Source of the DNA: Podarcis vaucheri
Lineage: Eukaryota
Strand: one strand, 5' to 3'
Length of the DNA: 64,000 nucleotides
NCBI GenBank assembly: GCA_965113315.1
Contig: OZ220368.1
The number at the start of each line of letters is the position of its first letter. Position 1 is the first letter of the stretch. Under the pieces are notes generated by a model, which ran no database searches, was not told the origin of the DNA, and saw only the letters and a program-made list of their open reading frames with translations. The translations under genes were made by a program, and so were the position numbers. This document shows positions 12,127 to 26,400 of this stretch, piece by piece.

Positions 12127-15100
12127 TGCAAGACAATGGTCCAGCACATCCACTGCCACACCTGCAGATGTGCTTCAATATAACAAACTAACAGATTTTA
12201 AAACTCGTGAAAAATTATTGTCAACACTCTACTGGTGGAAGCGGCCATCCACCTGCCAAAAATTCCCGTTGCGGCTTTGCAAGTATCCTCGCCCCTCACT
12301 TCCCCTTTAAGCCCCCAATCTGAGATGTTTAAAAGGGAATTGTGGTGATACTTGCAAAGCCTTTAAGATAAACTGCTTGCTCCCATTTAGGCTGAAACTG
12401 GATTGTGGGGGCTACCTAAAAGTGCAGCTTGAAGCAGTTTGTGCTTCTTTATGTTGGCAGGTGGCAGTGGGGTGTGTGAGAGAGACTGTTCTACTGTTCG
12501 CTCACCCACTTGCTTAAAGAAAAGCACGAGCTGCTTCAAACAGTACTTTTGCAAAAGGCTTTAATCCCTCCTCATCGGTTGATAAGGGATTAAATCCTGC
12601 TGCCTTGACCATACGTATGCTGTTCCCTACTGGGAACAGGGCACACAACCAATGCAGCATTAAACCTTTTCCTCCTGCTCAACAGCTGATGTCACTGGTG
12701 ATGCCAGCTGATGAGTGGGTGTGGTTTGAGGGAAATGGTTTTGAAGGCCAAATTGGACTCCCTAATGGGCTAAGATTAGCTCATGGGCTAAAAGTTCACC
12801 ATATTTTCAGTACTAAAACAGATGCCACTGGTTAAAGATGGTGATGATCATTATATGGACATACCTGTTGAAAGATAAATTGCAAACGGCAAACACCTTA
12901 AGAGGCAATTTCCCCATTTCTCTTACACAAGGGATGGCTCTTCCACGTTTATGCATATTATGACACATGTGCATCTCTCCTAGAAACCAAGAAAGTGAGA
13001 AATATGTTTTAGCTGCAGAACAATAGCATTAACTAAAATTTGTAGTCTTCTTGTTTCCAGCCTGGTCACATGGGGTCAAAACTGTAGAGTGTATATGTTG
13101 CCCCGTCCCCAGTGTCCTGATCATTTATCAGTGTTTTTGACTGCAAGGATGCTTGTAAGCACATCCAGACAAACATGCTTGTAAGCCCCCTTCAGAACTT
13201 CAGACGAAACATTTAAAGGGTGAGTAGCATGGGACTATCTTCAGGCATCACAGACAAGGTTGACATTCAAGCCGCTGTCCCACTACACACTTTTTGCCCT
13301 TGCATGTTGAGCTGAATGCCAGAAGAGGGCTAGTGACTAATGTTTATTCGTAGTGACTCAAAAATTTTTCTTAATCATGTCACATACCTGTTTTGTCAGT
13401 TTTGTACCTTGAGAGTATAGTTGTCTCTTGCAATAATTGGAGAAAACAGAAGAGACGGGGGCTGCTGGAAATCCCACCCAGCCTCCTCAGTTGTTGCAGG
13501 ATAAAGTCAAGGTTATCCCTGCTGTTGTAAAGCAGGCAGGAAAGAGATCTGGAAAAAGGGACCAGTGGAAAACCTGCACCCTTTCACCCTACCTTAGCAG
13601 CCTAATTATGGGATGAATCTCTCCATTCAAGGATCTGGCAGTCCTAGGGCTGAATGCACTCTGAGAACTTGGCAAACTTTTCTATAACATATTTCATCCC
13701 AGGGCAGTGGGAGGCAATGTATCATCTTGTTCATCCTGCTGCTGTCCTCTTAGCAACACTTAATTTCTTGAAATGCAAACAAAACAGAAACATTGCAGTG
13801 ATAATTCTTTGGTGGTAGCACTGTATATTTAAAAATAATTGGTTATCTTTAAAAAAAACCAGTGTTATAATCTTTTTATGCAATAAATCACGCCATTGTT
13901 GCATGTATTTCCAAGAAAGCTTAAAACATAAGGATTTACTTAACAAATACACACAAAGGCATCTCTTTATGCCATAACGAAGTGTGTAGCTTTCAAACAT
14001 TAAGTGCCTTAACTCACAGTGCTGGAGAACTGAAAAGTCTGCCCCTCTTGAAGGGGAGGTATAACAGTGCTGTACTTAGAGAAACTGCTGCTCCATTTAT
14101 TGCAGTGGTCCTTGCCAATTGGTTTGAGTTTTTACGATACTTATTTGTGATCTACAGAACATGTGAGAGCCAACTCTCCCAGCAGGCTTCCTTTCTAATT
14201 TAGTCAACCCCACAAAAGTTGAGTAGAGTGGCATAGGACTAGAGCAGAGTGAATAATAACTCTGCTCCTCTGCTTCCAAATCTGTATTGGTAAGAGCTAG
14301 TGTAAAGTAATAATGATAGACTTTGCTGTGAAGCCCACCTTATAAACTCACCAATGCCCAAACTACATTGTGGAAACAAATGTGTGTATCAGGGGCCTAT
14401 TGGCTCTATTGTTGAAGTGGGGGGGGGGGGACGGCTTCAGCTGGTTGGCTGTCTGAAATGGAGAAGTGGCTCAACACTTTCCCTGACTCGCTTTCCCAAT
14501 GTAAGCCTTTCCTCACAAGTTGCTTCTTCTTCCAGGGAGTTTGAGACAGTAATGTGAATTTTCTTTAAAAAGATTCTTATGTAAATCAGGGTAATTTGAA
14601 TTGGAAAGGCATCAGTTTGCACTGGAAAGTTTTCTGATGTCCTAGAGAATGAACTAATTAGCATGTTTAATTTACTTATATTTAGTAAACAAAGCTAACA
14701 ACTTCGAAATGGCCAAGTTTGACTAATACATATTTACAAGTGGAACCTGGTTAGTGAACTTATAAAATGGGAAATTTTCTGTGGAAAATGAAAGCACTGG
14801 TTCCAAGCATTCATTTACCACGTAAACATGCTTGGAATGCTTGGGTGGGTGGCACAGGGAAGGATTGAGCCCTCCCTTCCTGCTTATTACCCCTTTCTCA
14901 ACCCACTTGCTCATGTTTCTGAAGAAGCTGCTTTTCCTTGGAAGAGAATGTTTGGAATTTTGTTACCTTCATTTGTGGCATTTAGGTGCTCAAATGGGCT
15001 TAGGCAAATTCCTCTCTCAGCCTTGGTATCCTCCCACCCTTGCCATCTGTAGTATGGGGACAGTAATACTTGAGTAGTTTATAGGTTTTTTAAAGCAATT

Positions 15101-16737
15101 ACTGAGATAACATTATGTGCTTTTGAACACTCAGAAGTGCTATATAAATACTTGATAATATTATTAAGCTGTGTTCATTCTCTAGCAAGCTGTCCTTATT
15201 GGTATCCAGCAAATGCTGGTGTCCTGTGGAGAAAGCAATGAATCAAAAAGCTTTTTGAGTTATGTATATCCAGTGTATTCCTCTGTGTGTTTTATAAAAC
15301 TCAGCAACCATTTGTAAGGACAGACTGCATGAAACCAGCAGATAACAGGATCATCACCAGTGTGAGGCGTACTGCTTGTGAAGTGGTCTCAGTTGTCTTT
15401 TCCTGCTCTCGGAAGCAATGCAGTGTAGATTGAAATGTTTGCTTTAAAAATTCCTCTGTATAGTAAAGTTGCTTCTATAGGGTGCAATAGATTTATTTGT
15501 TGACTGATGAATCTATTGAATGTGGTTCTCTCCCCCCCCCTCCCAATGATCAGTGTAGTTACAACATGAAATTTGCAGAACAGATTAATGATGAACTGTG
15601 TAGGATCAAGAAAATATGTTCGATAATTAATGGTTCCTTTGAGTCCCAAGTATCCACAGCAGAAGCTGCCTGCTGCATCCCTGCATTGGCATTGCTGCCC
15701 TCCTCTTTCTCCTTTGCAGAGGCTGCCTTTTCTGCTCTGGGTAAATTAGAGCAAGGGGCTGGAGGAGAGGAAAAAAAGTTGTTTGAGACATCTGTGCTTG
15801 CATCTCCTAAAAACGTTAAGACAGAATGTTGGAGGAGGGGCCCCTTCAGGTGTTTTGCAGGTTTCAGGTGGCACCCTGGCCTCCCAGGATGGGTAAAAGC
15901 ATATATCACCTCATGAAAGGGGTTTGGGAACTTGAAACTTGTATGTGCACTATTTTGTGGAATTTTGATAGATCTAATAAAGGTGTTGTCCTCGTATGGA
16001 TGTGTTACTTTTTTTCTTAATGGCCAACATAGCTAACTTTCCATTTTAAGGTTTTCAAAGATTAGGAAAGATTCCTCTTCCCAGGAAGATTTAAAAAAAT
16101 AAAGCCACTTCTTAAAATGTGGAGGGGAAAGCAAGAAAGCATTGTTTTGCATTCAGTAAAGATTGTGTGTTGAACTGAGCTGAGACTAACACATTAGTGT
16201 TATTTAGAAAGCTCAATTACTATTGCTTTGTTTAATGTCAGAGCATTTTTCTTTCAGCTGTGCTAGTCTTGTGCTTGATCTTGGCCCTGGAAAGAACTGC
16301 TAAAAAGCCCATTAAGGTTTCACTTTCTAATGCCTGTGAAAGGATTTAAGTAGATTGTTGAAATTGCTCCTAGTAAATGGTGTGATCAGCATCACAATCC
16401 ACCTTGCTACAAACTGTTGCTGACAGCAAAACACTTCCTACTACTAGCTTTCTTTACCATGGCATTTAAGAGCTTGTAGACAAAACATCACAAGAGAACT
16501 TGGTTAGAATGGCTGCATGCATTCTGGTGTGTGTGTATTGAACCTGAATCAAAGTCCCAGTGCATCTGACACAGGAGTTAGCATTTGAGCAGGAGCTGCC
16601 TGTGAAGGATGAAGATTGGAATCAGCACAAGGGGAAAAGAAATAGCTTGTGCTTGTTGGAAAAATGCTGATGGTCCACTGGCTGCTAATATTGCTTTTAC
16701 CAGGTGCGTATGGCTCTTAATGCTGGGTTTATATTTC

Positions 16738-16887
16738 ATAGAATCATAGAATTGCAGAGTTGGAAGGGACACTGAGAGTAATCTTGTCCAACTGCCTGCA
16801 ATGCAGGAATATCAACTAGATCATATACATGGGAGTCTGTTCTTCTGTTGAACAGCTCTTACTGTCAGAAAGTTCTTCCTGATGTTT
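16738..16887 (-). mobile_element. CR1-type 3' end fragment
   Basis: atagaatcatagaa tail repeat followed by gagttggaaggga; related fragments at ~7530-7600, ~10735-10890, ~41015-41140 and ~54455-54575. Confidence 0.7.
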
Positions 16888-17812
16888 CCAGGGATAGTGC
16901 TAAAGCCAAAATCATGTATAGTCAAAACACATATGATTCATTGGTGGGTGAGATTGCCTAAGTTTTTCCCCTGGATGCCCCCTTTCTGCGTCCTTTTTAA
17001 TTTTTTTAACAATTTTTGCCAAATGTGTAAATCTGAATGTGTACGAGTTAAATGTGTGTAAGTTGCAAGTTACCTGCACAGATTTGTGACCTTGTCCTGT
17101 TCAGTTGTCTCATAGACGAGTTCAATTCACAGATGAAAGAAAATTCATTGTTTGATGGCTGCAGTTAAAGTAACAGCTCAACCTGTGCAGGCTGCCTATC
17201 TTGCATCAAATTCTACAAATAGTATTTGCATGTCACCTGCTAACACCTGTAATCAAAGGACTTCACTTGTTTGACTGAGAGTCATCAAGTTATGAGGTTT
17301 CAAGAGAGAGAGAAACTGAGACAGAGAGAAGTGAGCGATGAAAATGAATATATATTCATTTTATATAGCCTTTTCTGACACTGACTTTGCTATTCTTATA
17401 TCTGAGTAGGATTCACAGCCCAATCCTCTGTATGTTTACTTGGAATGGGGCTTTCTTACAGGCAAGAATGAATAAAGTAACAGTCTTAGTTGATTAACTG
17501 ACATTGGATTATTTTTATCAGTGCACTTTTAAAAAATCTAATTTGGTCCTGATGTAGCCCTGTAATAGGAATAATAATGAAATAAAATGTTGACATTCCC
17601 TTTTGTTACTAAACCTTGTTCAGTAATAAAAAGGCATACATATTGAGGTTTTGGTAATAAGCAGATAAATTGTAATTTGTTTTGTGTTAGTTTGACTCAG
17701 AGTCCTATTGGCAACAAATGAGAGGCATGTTTGGTAATCTTAAGTGTGCAACTGCAAATGCAGGAACTATTTGTGGAAGAAGTCTAGGCATGTGTATACA
17801 TACACCACCACA

Positions 17813-18260
17813 TTTTTTAAAAAAATGATATTTATTGAAATTTTACAGACAATAAAAGGTTACAGAATTAAAAATAGGAAATAAGAAAAATTAACAATAA
17901 TAAAAGAAAAAGAGATACAAAAATACAAAGACAAAATACATAAAAAGAAAAAAAAGTTAAAAAGAAATCAATATTTTCATATCTTATATTTCATTTACTT
18001 GTTTCCTGACCTCCTCACACCCCCTTTTTTGTATTCCAGTTCACATGGTTAATTCAGCAAATCCTTACCCTCTATCATTTATCTTTACTCAATATCTTAA
18101 CCTATTATAACTATATATTTTCAACCATTGTCAATCCGTATTTACATATTCTTGTTAATCTTTTTACCAATACCGCTTATTTTCAATCCAACATCCCTTT
18201 AACATTCATTAATCTTACAGTATTTCTGCAAGTAGTTTATAAATTTCTTCCAGTCTTCCA
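17813..18260 (-). mobile_element. L1/Tx1-type LINE 3' end, 5'-truncated
   Basis: Minus strand reads EDWKKFINYLQKYCKINEC* (L1 ORF2-like C-terminus), then a T-rich 3' UTR, AATAAA and an A tail. Confidence 0.7.
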
Positions 18261-18355
18261 TACAGTCTTTACATAGCCGGTTGTTCTCTTCAGCCTCACA
18301 GGTGAGTAGAGAACTAGTCCAGCACAAGCCATTATTTGAAATGAGCACCAGTCAC

Positions 18356-18404
<49 letters not shown>

Positions 18405-18743
18405 TATCCTGCCCATCTGGTTGGGTTTCCCCAGCCACTCTAGGCGGCTCCCAATTAAGTGTTAAAAACAATACAGCATTAAATATTAAAAACTTCCCTA
18501 AACAGGCTGCCTTCGGATGTCTTTTAAAAATAGGATAGCTGCTTATTTCCTTGACATCTGATGGGAGGGCATTCCACAGGGCGGGTGCCACTACTGAGAA
18601 GCCCCTCTGTCTGATTCCCTGTAACCTCACTTCTCGCAATGAGGGAACCGCCAGAAGGCCCTCGGTGCTGGACCTCAGTGGCTGAACAATGGGGGTGGAG
18701 ACACTCCTTCAGGTATACAGGACTGAGGCCATTTAGGGCTTTA
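18356..18743 (-). mobile_element. L2 LINE 3' end with (TAA)n tail
   Basis: Minus-strand ORF RGFSVVAPALWNALP...FKRH matches the L2 ORF2 C-terminal motif; (tta)n at 18356-18403. Confidence 0.88.
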
Positions 18744-19597
18744 ATTGCTCAGCAGTCCATTTGGACTGGAAATCTAAACGTTATTGTTATTAATTTCATT
18801 GCTGTACCACTTTATATGTTAAAGAAAAATCAAAGCGATTTACAACACATTAAAACATCAAATAAAACAATTCAGAGTAAAACAAATTTAAGCTTCAAGG
18901 GCAATATTTAGATTCTTCGCTAAAGTGACATTTTGCTTTCACCATATTTAGTTACCTACTTAATTTATATAGCTGTCCCATAACAGGAGTATTCTAGTTT
19001 GTTTCTGCATTTGAAGTTTGGATACTACCTTGGTCTCTACACCTGTTTTGAATCTGTCTTGAAGACAGTTATCTGGATGAAAGCTGGTGTGCATGTTTTG
19101 AACTCTATTTGGAGTTTCAAGTTTGAACTCCCTCAGGTTTTCTGAGGGTTAAAAAGTACAAACCATAACTGTAATGCAATATCTTCCTTGAGATTTGTGA
19201 TATTGGAATGATCCTTTCTGACATAAATTTCTGTTTGATGTTTGAACATCTGCTTGCCCTTTATTTACACTTAAGATGCAATATAGATTCTAGTGTGAAG
19301 TGAGGTCTACTTTAGTGAAAATCATTATTTTACTTCCTCTGCCTCTTTCTTCCCAGGGTATAGCTGATTCAGGCAGTGATGCAACTGACATGATTAAATT
19401 GCTTTTCTTAGATTGCTAAATAATTGCACTGTAATGCTGGGCAGCACCTGCTTAAGATGTTAGTAGCCTCGGAAATTGAATCTATTTCTCCAAGTTATCT
19501 GGGTTCCTGTTTTCTAATCAAAAAGTATTCTAGACCTCAGAATATTTACCTCCTCCCTTTCTGTAAGCCAAAAAATAGGGCTGTTGCTTTCACAGCA

Positions 19598-19673
19598 GAG
19601 GAGGAAGGGAAAGGAGAATGTTAGCCGCTTTGAGACTCCTGAAGGGGATATCAAATCCAAACTCTTCTTCTTC
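19598..19673 (+). mobile_element. 3' fragment of Squam3-like SINE (or its partner LINE)
   Basis: Near-identical to 52858-52935 (gaggaagggaaaggagaatgttag...gatatcaa.tccaaactc), with a (ctt)n tail and an internal deletion. Confidence 0.8.
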
Positions 19674-20362
19674 ACTAAAATTAAATGGGACAGGCTTCAT
19701 ACATTCACTAGTGTAGAGTCCATCTGTCCCCTCCCCACACATAAATCTCTGTTGACGATAACCAACTGCTCCACTAGGGTGCAGCAGTGCTTATTAAAAA
19801 TAATTCAATTGTAGCTGGTCTTTAATGACATTTTCTTAAATGGCTACTTTCCCTATAAGAGACAGTAAGCCTCTGCATACAGTTACTGGGAATCATAAGC
19901 AGAAGGAGGGTTGTTGCACTTCGTCTTGCTTGTAGGCTTCTTAAAGGCATCTGGTTAGCCAGTGTGAGAACAGGATGTTGAACTAGATGGGCTTCTGATC
20001 CAGTGATGGTGGCACCAACAGGGCCTCACTTGCCCATTATAAGATCTGAGATGGTTGATAATGGGGGGTTGTTCTTTTCGGTACTTGGTTCTGTCTTCAA
20101 GGGCAGCCCCACATAATAGTGTTTTACATTAGTCTATACAGGAGCATGGACAACTCAGGTAAGGCTATTCCAATCTAGGAACAATTACAGCTGGTGACAG
20201 AGCTTGAGCTGGGCATAAACACTCCTAGCTACAGAAGCCACTTAAGACTCCAGTGATAAGTTGGTCTCCAAGTGTACTTCCAGCCTACAAACGTCTTTCT
20301 TCAGAGGAAAGGTCTGTGGTACTTCCTCCTCCTTAACATCCAGATATCTGGGTGGGGTATAA

Positions 20363-20363
20363 A

Positions 20364-20408
<45 letters not shown>
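20363..20408. repeat. (ATT)n microsatellite, probable L2 tail
   Basis: Preceded by tgggtggggtataaat, the same motif as the L2 3' end at 18404-18418 (reverse complement). Confidence 0.85.
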
Positions 20409-20409
<1 letters not shown>

Positions 20410-23400
20410 TTATTTACTTACCTGCTGAGGCCTTCAAGATTAGAAGGTTGAAGGGTGATTATAGACAATAAGAATGTAGTATTTATATAGCACTCTTTCT
20501 AAGTGCTCAAAGCACTCTTAAATCTGTGTTGTTAAATAAAGCCAGTTCCAACATACAGTCCTCTCTGGGAGAATTATTAGCAAGTATTAATGACACCTGA
20601 GCTTTGGGTCCCATTAAAATTGGCTGTTGCTCTGTATTCAGTAGGTTTTGCAATATCATATTGGTCTCATTGGAATTCCTGATTGGGGAGAAGAAGCCCA
20701 CAACAAGACCTCTGTGGAGAAACAGAAGTTGCCAGGCAGCTCCTGAGTACATTAAGAAGATGCTTGCCAGTAATCTGCAGCAGTAGCAGTGCCTCACAAA
20801 GCAATTTGTGCTGCACTACCAGGGAATGAAAGCATTTGCCAAGTTCAGTACTGGCACCACTGTTTTGTATGACAGTTGTCAAATACCTTCATTTAGCTGA
20901 AGTATTATTATTATTTTATTTATTTATTTATACCCCACCTTTTCTCCTGACAGGACTCAAGGCATGGGAAAAGTATGTGAAATATGTGTAGGCTTGCTCC
21001 AGGGACTCTTCTACCATTCAGTGATAGTTGTAATATGTGTGTAAATAATCTTGCCTACTTTTATCAGTGAAATTATTGGAATTTTTTTTTAAATAAAAGA
21101 GCCATGTCGAAAGTCTTGCAATTCAAACAGAAAACTCTTTTGTGAATAGTTGCATTACACAGTTGTAGTTTATGTAAGCTATGAGAACTTGGAGGATAGA
21201 TTACAGAGCTTTTGTATAGCATTGCAGTGGCAGGTTGCAGGAACTAGCTTAAAAATATTTCTAGCCTATAGCATAGAACTTTGGTATTCTATGAGAAGTA
21301 CATCTATATTAGCACAATAAGCTGGGTGCAGAACATCTCTTGCTGTATATTTTAGTGCTTCTCTGTCAAAGGGTTGTCTTTTCTACGTTGTGAGAAATCC
21401 ATGGCAGTGCTACAAGATAATGGGAAAAATCAATATAGAACTGACCTCTTCCACCACATCCTCTTAAGGCACGAGGGAGGGAGACTGGCAAACCCATATG
21501 CGCCTTCCTTAGCCTCACAAGTAAATGAGGGCAATACCATTGATTTCCATGCAGTTTCTTAAATGTACTTATATGTAACACTATATTTTTAATATTTTTT
21601 TGGAATCCAGCAAAATTTGTTTAAAAATACATCCAATTGGGTTTGGCTACTGTTCTCTCTGTACAAGTCTTTCAACAAAGGTCAATACTTCTTCAGTGTC
21701 GTCATTGATAGCTCTTCCCATTTTTCTACGTTACAGTCTTATGCCTGTTGGGTTTACAAACGTCACTGCAATCTTACATTTCCTAAGCCACAATACCTCT
21801 GGGAATTTGCTTTTATTTTACGTTCAAATTGCACTTTGAATACTTTCTAAAGAGAACATTGATGTGATGATTTCAAATTAATTGCAGTGCCTCATCTTGA
21901 GCTAGTTGCTGTTATTTGCACTTTATAGGCAGGCAAGTAAGTTTGAGAGAGAATAAATTAGGAGCATGGTAGGTGAGTAAAAAACCAAATGCTTAGCTTG
22001 TAGCCTGTTTTCCATCCTGACTGTGGAGGAGGGGAATCTATCATGGAAACACCTGCTACCAGCCTCTTAGGCTAGTTGCTTTTATAGACTTATAAGGTTA
22101 GTCTCGCACTACTTCTAGTTTGTCATGGTGTCCAAATTAGCAAACTATGATTAGTACTTCTCCCCATCTCCTGCAAAAAAAACCAAACAAACATGAATTA
22201 GAATTAGTTTTTTTCTGATTCTGTTTAAGAAAGTGATTAGGGTTGCCAAGCTGTTGCAGCAAACTACTCTGAACACTGAACAGAAAATAAAGGTGTAAGA
22301 ATAGAAGAGGGAATAAAAGAGTCTCTGGCACATTCTCAATTGTTTAGAAAGATCATCTGAACTGAGTAATTTAGGCTACAGCAGATTTTAATTCAGAATT
22401 CCTATCTAAGCCCCCTGTTGTTATTATTTTTAAAATGCTTTGATAAAATCATTGATCTTCATATGAAGGGCTTGATGGAACATATTTAGCATATATCTTC
22501 TTCCCTGAATTTTCTGATTGCATGTTTCTGGGTGTATGGTTTTTTTTGCGGGGGGGGGGTGACAGATCATGGGAGCATGCAGGTTGTTAATACAATTTGA
22601 CACATTCCCAAAGCCATCCTTGTCTGTTTCAAATTGTTCAGCACTACCATTGTTGTCCTTTGTCATGTTATGCATGAGAACATGCAGATGATAATTGGGA
22701 AAAGTAATATACTTTTACTTTTACCCGTTCCTTTTGATTGCTCCCATAACCAGTATTCCTTGGAGTGAATGACCTCCTCTGAGTCAGTAATATGGCAGAG
22801 TAGTGACAGTGGTGGCTGTGGGATCTAGGAACTATTCAATAGTAAAGGCAGAACTAATAAGAACCCTACAGTCCCATGCTCTTCACTCCTTCCCTAATTC
22901 TCCCCGTATTAATTCCTTAGTCCTCTCCTTTGTGTTTAGAGTTATTTCTGAACTGGTGTAACCATAGTTATCCTTTAAACCAGAGATTTGTTTAAAGTTT
23001 CCGAGAGTGCTTTCAGTCTCTGGTTTAAAGGCTATGGTAACTTATATTTATGCCAGTTCAAGTGTAGCTCTAAAGCATAATTAATACAAGAAAGGATGAT
23101 GAACTTTGCACGGGCAGAGCTTCAAGGGAGGGGGTAAGTGTGTGAGCCTTTGATCCACTAGTGATCATTCATCTATGGTTTTGCAACCAGTGTGGCATCT
23201 AAACTTCATTGTTGCCATCTGTCTTGGGAGACAATGGAGGAGTACACCTTTGGGGTGAGGTCAATCTGTTCGAATTCAGGCACCAGGCCTGTTGGCATCT
23301 GAACTGTGCCTGTGTGGAAAAATCTTCACACTTATTACAGTTACTAACATTTGAATGCTTACAAGGATTAGGAAATGGCACTTTTGTGGCTTTGGATACT

Positions 23401-26400
23401 GCAGCCCTTGGATATTCCATTGATGGGATTCCCAAGCCACTAGTTTCTGTCTGGGGAGGGGTGTCAAAGATTACTAAAAGAACAGTTGTATTACAGATTG
23501 CCTTGAGAGGTGATTCAGTAGTTTTAACATGGAGATCATGCATATGACAACTACCATAATAGCAGCAATTCCTGCCTTTATATTTCAGATTAAAACTCTT
23601 GCAAATGTGTGGCTAACATTTAGAGGAAACAAAGTGTGTCCCCAGATAGTGCTGGCGGCCAGGAGTTTGGAACCTTGAAACAATGAAGTGAAATTACAGA
23701 AGGTCAAATGCTTCCAGAATACACTAATAAAATTGACTCTTTGTTCTGGAGAGATAATTATGAAATTGCAAGGTGGTGAAGTACAGTGTAGTGTGTAATT
23801 CTGTGGGAATAGGTGCTCAGCTTATTTTCTACATTAAACTACAATAAAATGAAATAAACTCTTTGAGGGCAATGTTGCTGCCTACAAACCCATAGCTTTA
23901 GTCCAATTTTGTTCACATAATTCCATTAATCCCTCTCCCCATTTTACAAAATACCTTGGAATCCAATCTGAGTTCAGAGTCTCTAGATCTCAAGAGTGAT
24001 TTTTATCTTTGTAAATAAGCATAAATGGTTTCCCTTCGTAGACTTTCTAATGACAGGTGCCAGAATACTCTCAAAATATTCTATGAGTGTTTCTAATACC
24101 TAATAGGGCACTGGGCCAGTAAAACAATTATAAGAAAGAGCTGGAAGAAGGAAGTGCTTGGGGTCTTTGCTTGGAATTGCAAAAAGGTTTTCTGAAAAGT
24201 GTTCACTGGTAGCATTTGCTTCATATGCCCCCCCTCCTGCCCACCCGAGTCTTTACAATAATTTTCAGCTTGCTTAACTTTCTTTTACTTTCCATTTCCC
24301 CATTTATTATACAATCATTTGATTGTGCTATCTGTACAGAATGCATAAATTGCATATTTGTGCATCTCTATGTGCTTCATTTTTATTTATTTTAAAATGT
24401 TGAAATAAAGGTTTCCAGGGTGTCTTACCTGTTTCTATTGCACTTTGGAATATAGGTTAAGAGATGGAAACGTTTTACTTTTTGTTCAGGGATAACAGGA
24501 TTCACTGAGACCTGTGAGGGGTGGTGGTCATTTTCTCCACATTTTACAGTGTATTTGATATTATAAAAGGGAGCAGAATTTAACCCCCACCTGTACTCTT
24601 ATTGCTTCAAGTGGTTGTATCAAATTTAATCTAGGTATGGTAAAAATGGCAATGATTTCTACAATAAATGAAGGGCGGAAATTGATTTCAAGGTGAGTCA
24701 TTCCACTTTTAAGTGAGTGATTCCCCTCTGTGTGTATATAACATGTAAATGTACATATTTGTATGCAGTGTAGTACAAGCAGTCTAGCCTAACTCAAAAT
24801 TACTACTAGATGATGTCAACACTATTATGGAGTCTGATCAGTTGTGAGGGCCTCGGTTTGTATGGCAGAATACACTTTCAGCCCTATATGATGTGGATAA
24901 AGAGTGTGCGCCTACTGACCCCATAATACAAAAAGTTGGTTGTAAACTTTACTGTATATACTATATTTCCTGTCAAGTATTTCACATCAAGTTGTAATCC
25001 AAACATCTCATTTCACAAGCCTTTCTCTTTTTCACATTCTTTTCCTATTCACTTCCTCCTTGCTGTTTATTGGTCTTGTACTTTCCATTATGCTTATGTA
25101 GACAACTGTCTAAAGAGATTACTCTAATAATTTGTTTACAAGACTTCCATTAAACACAGTTTATTGCTGGCTCTACAGTTAGGCTCCCAGATAATCGCTT
25201 TCAATGAAGCAAGTTGCTTTAAAGATCTTTAGTAACTGTTATAATCTAGCTTTCTTTCCTGATGGAACCTGTTTCTATAACTTTGTGCTACGGTGAACCA
25301 AGATAATCTGATGTCTATTAAGCCAAAGTAGTTTGTCTGTTTTTGCCTGTAGAATTATGGTGGTTTGAAAGGCTACTCTATTACAATTGCAGCTTTGAAA
25401 TCATTCATAGTCACAGGGCTCTTACAGTGGCCAAACCCACTTTCACCCGCCTCTGGTATGTAGCACTTGATGTGTTAGCCAAGATTAAATGTGGCCTTGA
25501 GGCCAAGAAAGGTTATCTACTTTGTGTTATATTCCATCTGTGAAGAAAGCATTTAGTCTGCTCTTGATGCAAAATTAACAATTTTAGTCTGTCCAGTAAC
25601 TATCAGACCTTAGCTTAAGCCTAGTCAAATGTCACAAACATTTCATTTTTGTTTACTGCTTTTTGTTGTGAGATTAGAACTGGGACAAAGTAGGGTGAAG
25701 CTGAAAAGAACAATACTAGAAAAACAGAAGGAACAACTGTACAATATGCAAAGTCCTCTATTCCCATACTTCACCTCTGAATATCATGGCTGCTGGTTTT
25801 AAGAAAAACCCTGTATGCACATAATGCTCAGCCATGGTTTGTTAAACAACAAGTTAAGTACAGGTTTCCCCACAGTCCATCAAACCATGACTTGTTTCTC
25901 CAAAATTTGTTTTGTTTTCCTACTGCTTGTACATTATAACTCTATGACATTTAGGGTGGAATTACCAACCAAATTGTTAAGGAAACTTATCTAGGCATGC
26001 TTTGTAAGCAAACAGAACTTGGCTTGCCTATAACGTGAACCAGGTCTAGATGGGAATATTTTGAGGACCTTCCCTTTAGCGGGTCCTCAGTGGCATTAGG
26101 AAATAGTCACTGCATCACTTGTTGATCCAGTAAATTGAGATGCTTTCCAAACAGCTATGGAGGAAACATGTATTAGGAGAAATAAAACTGCTTGCATTTA
26201 GAAAGTTGCTTAATGAGTAGAATTTCTAGGTAATTTGAATAAAATGTTCCAATCAAAATCTCCACTGAACTGTTTGTTAACTTGAAATTGAGTATCCAAT
26301 GTGTAAAAGGCAGTTGATCAAATAATTGGTTAGATTCAGAGGCTAACTTCCAGTTAGGAGTGTTTCCAGTCTAGACATTTTTCCTTCTGTGCCAGTTTTA

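Noticed and set aside
15497-15916. 139-aa ORF and overlapping 116-aa antisense ORF
   Set aside because: TTG/GTG-type starts, runs through a homopolymer, no recognisable domain; the length is compatible with chance.
18281-18538. Poly-Tyr ORF
   Set aside because: Translation of the (TAT)n tail of an L2 element.
23096-23180. C/D box snoRNA (ATGATGA); similar C boxes near 49092 and 59990
   Set aside because: No suitably placed CTGA D box with a terminal stem.
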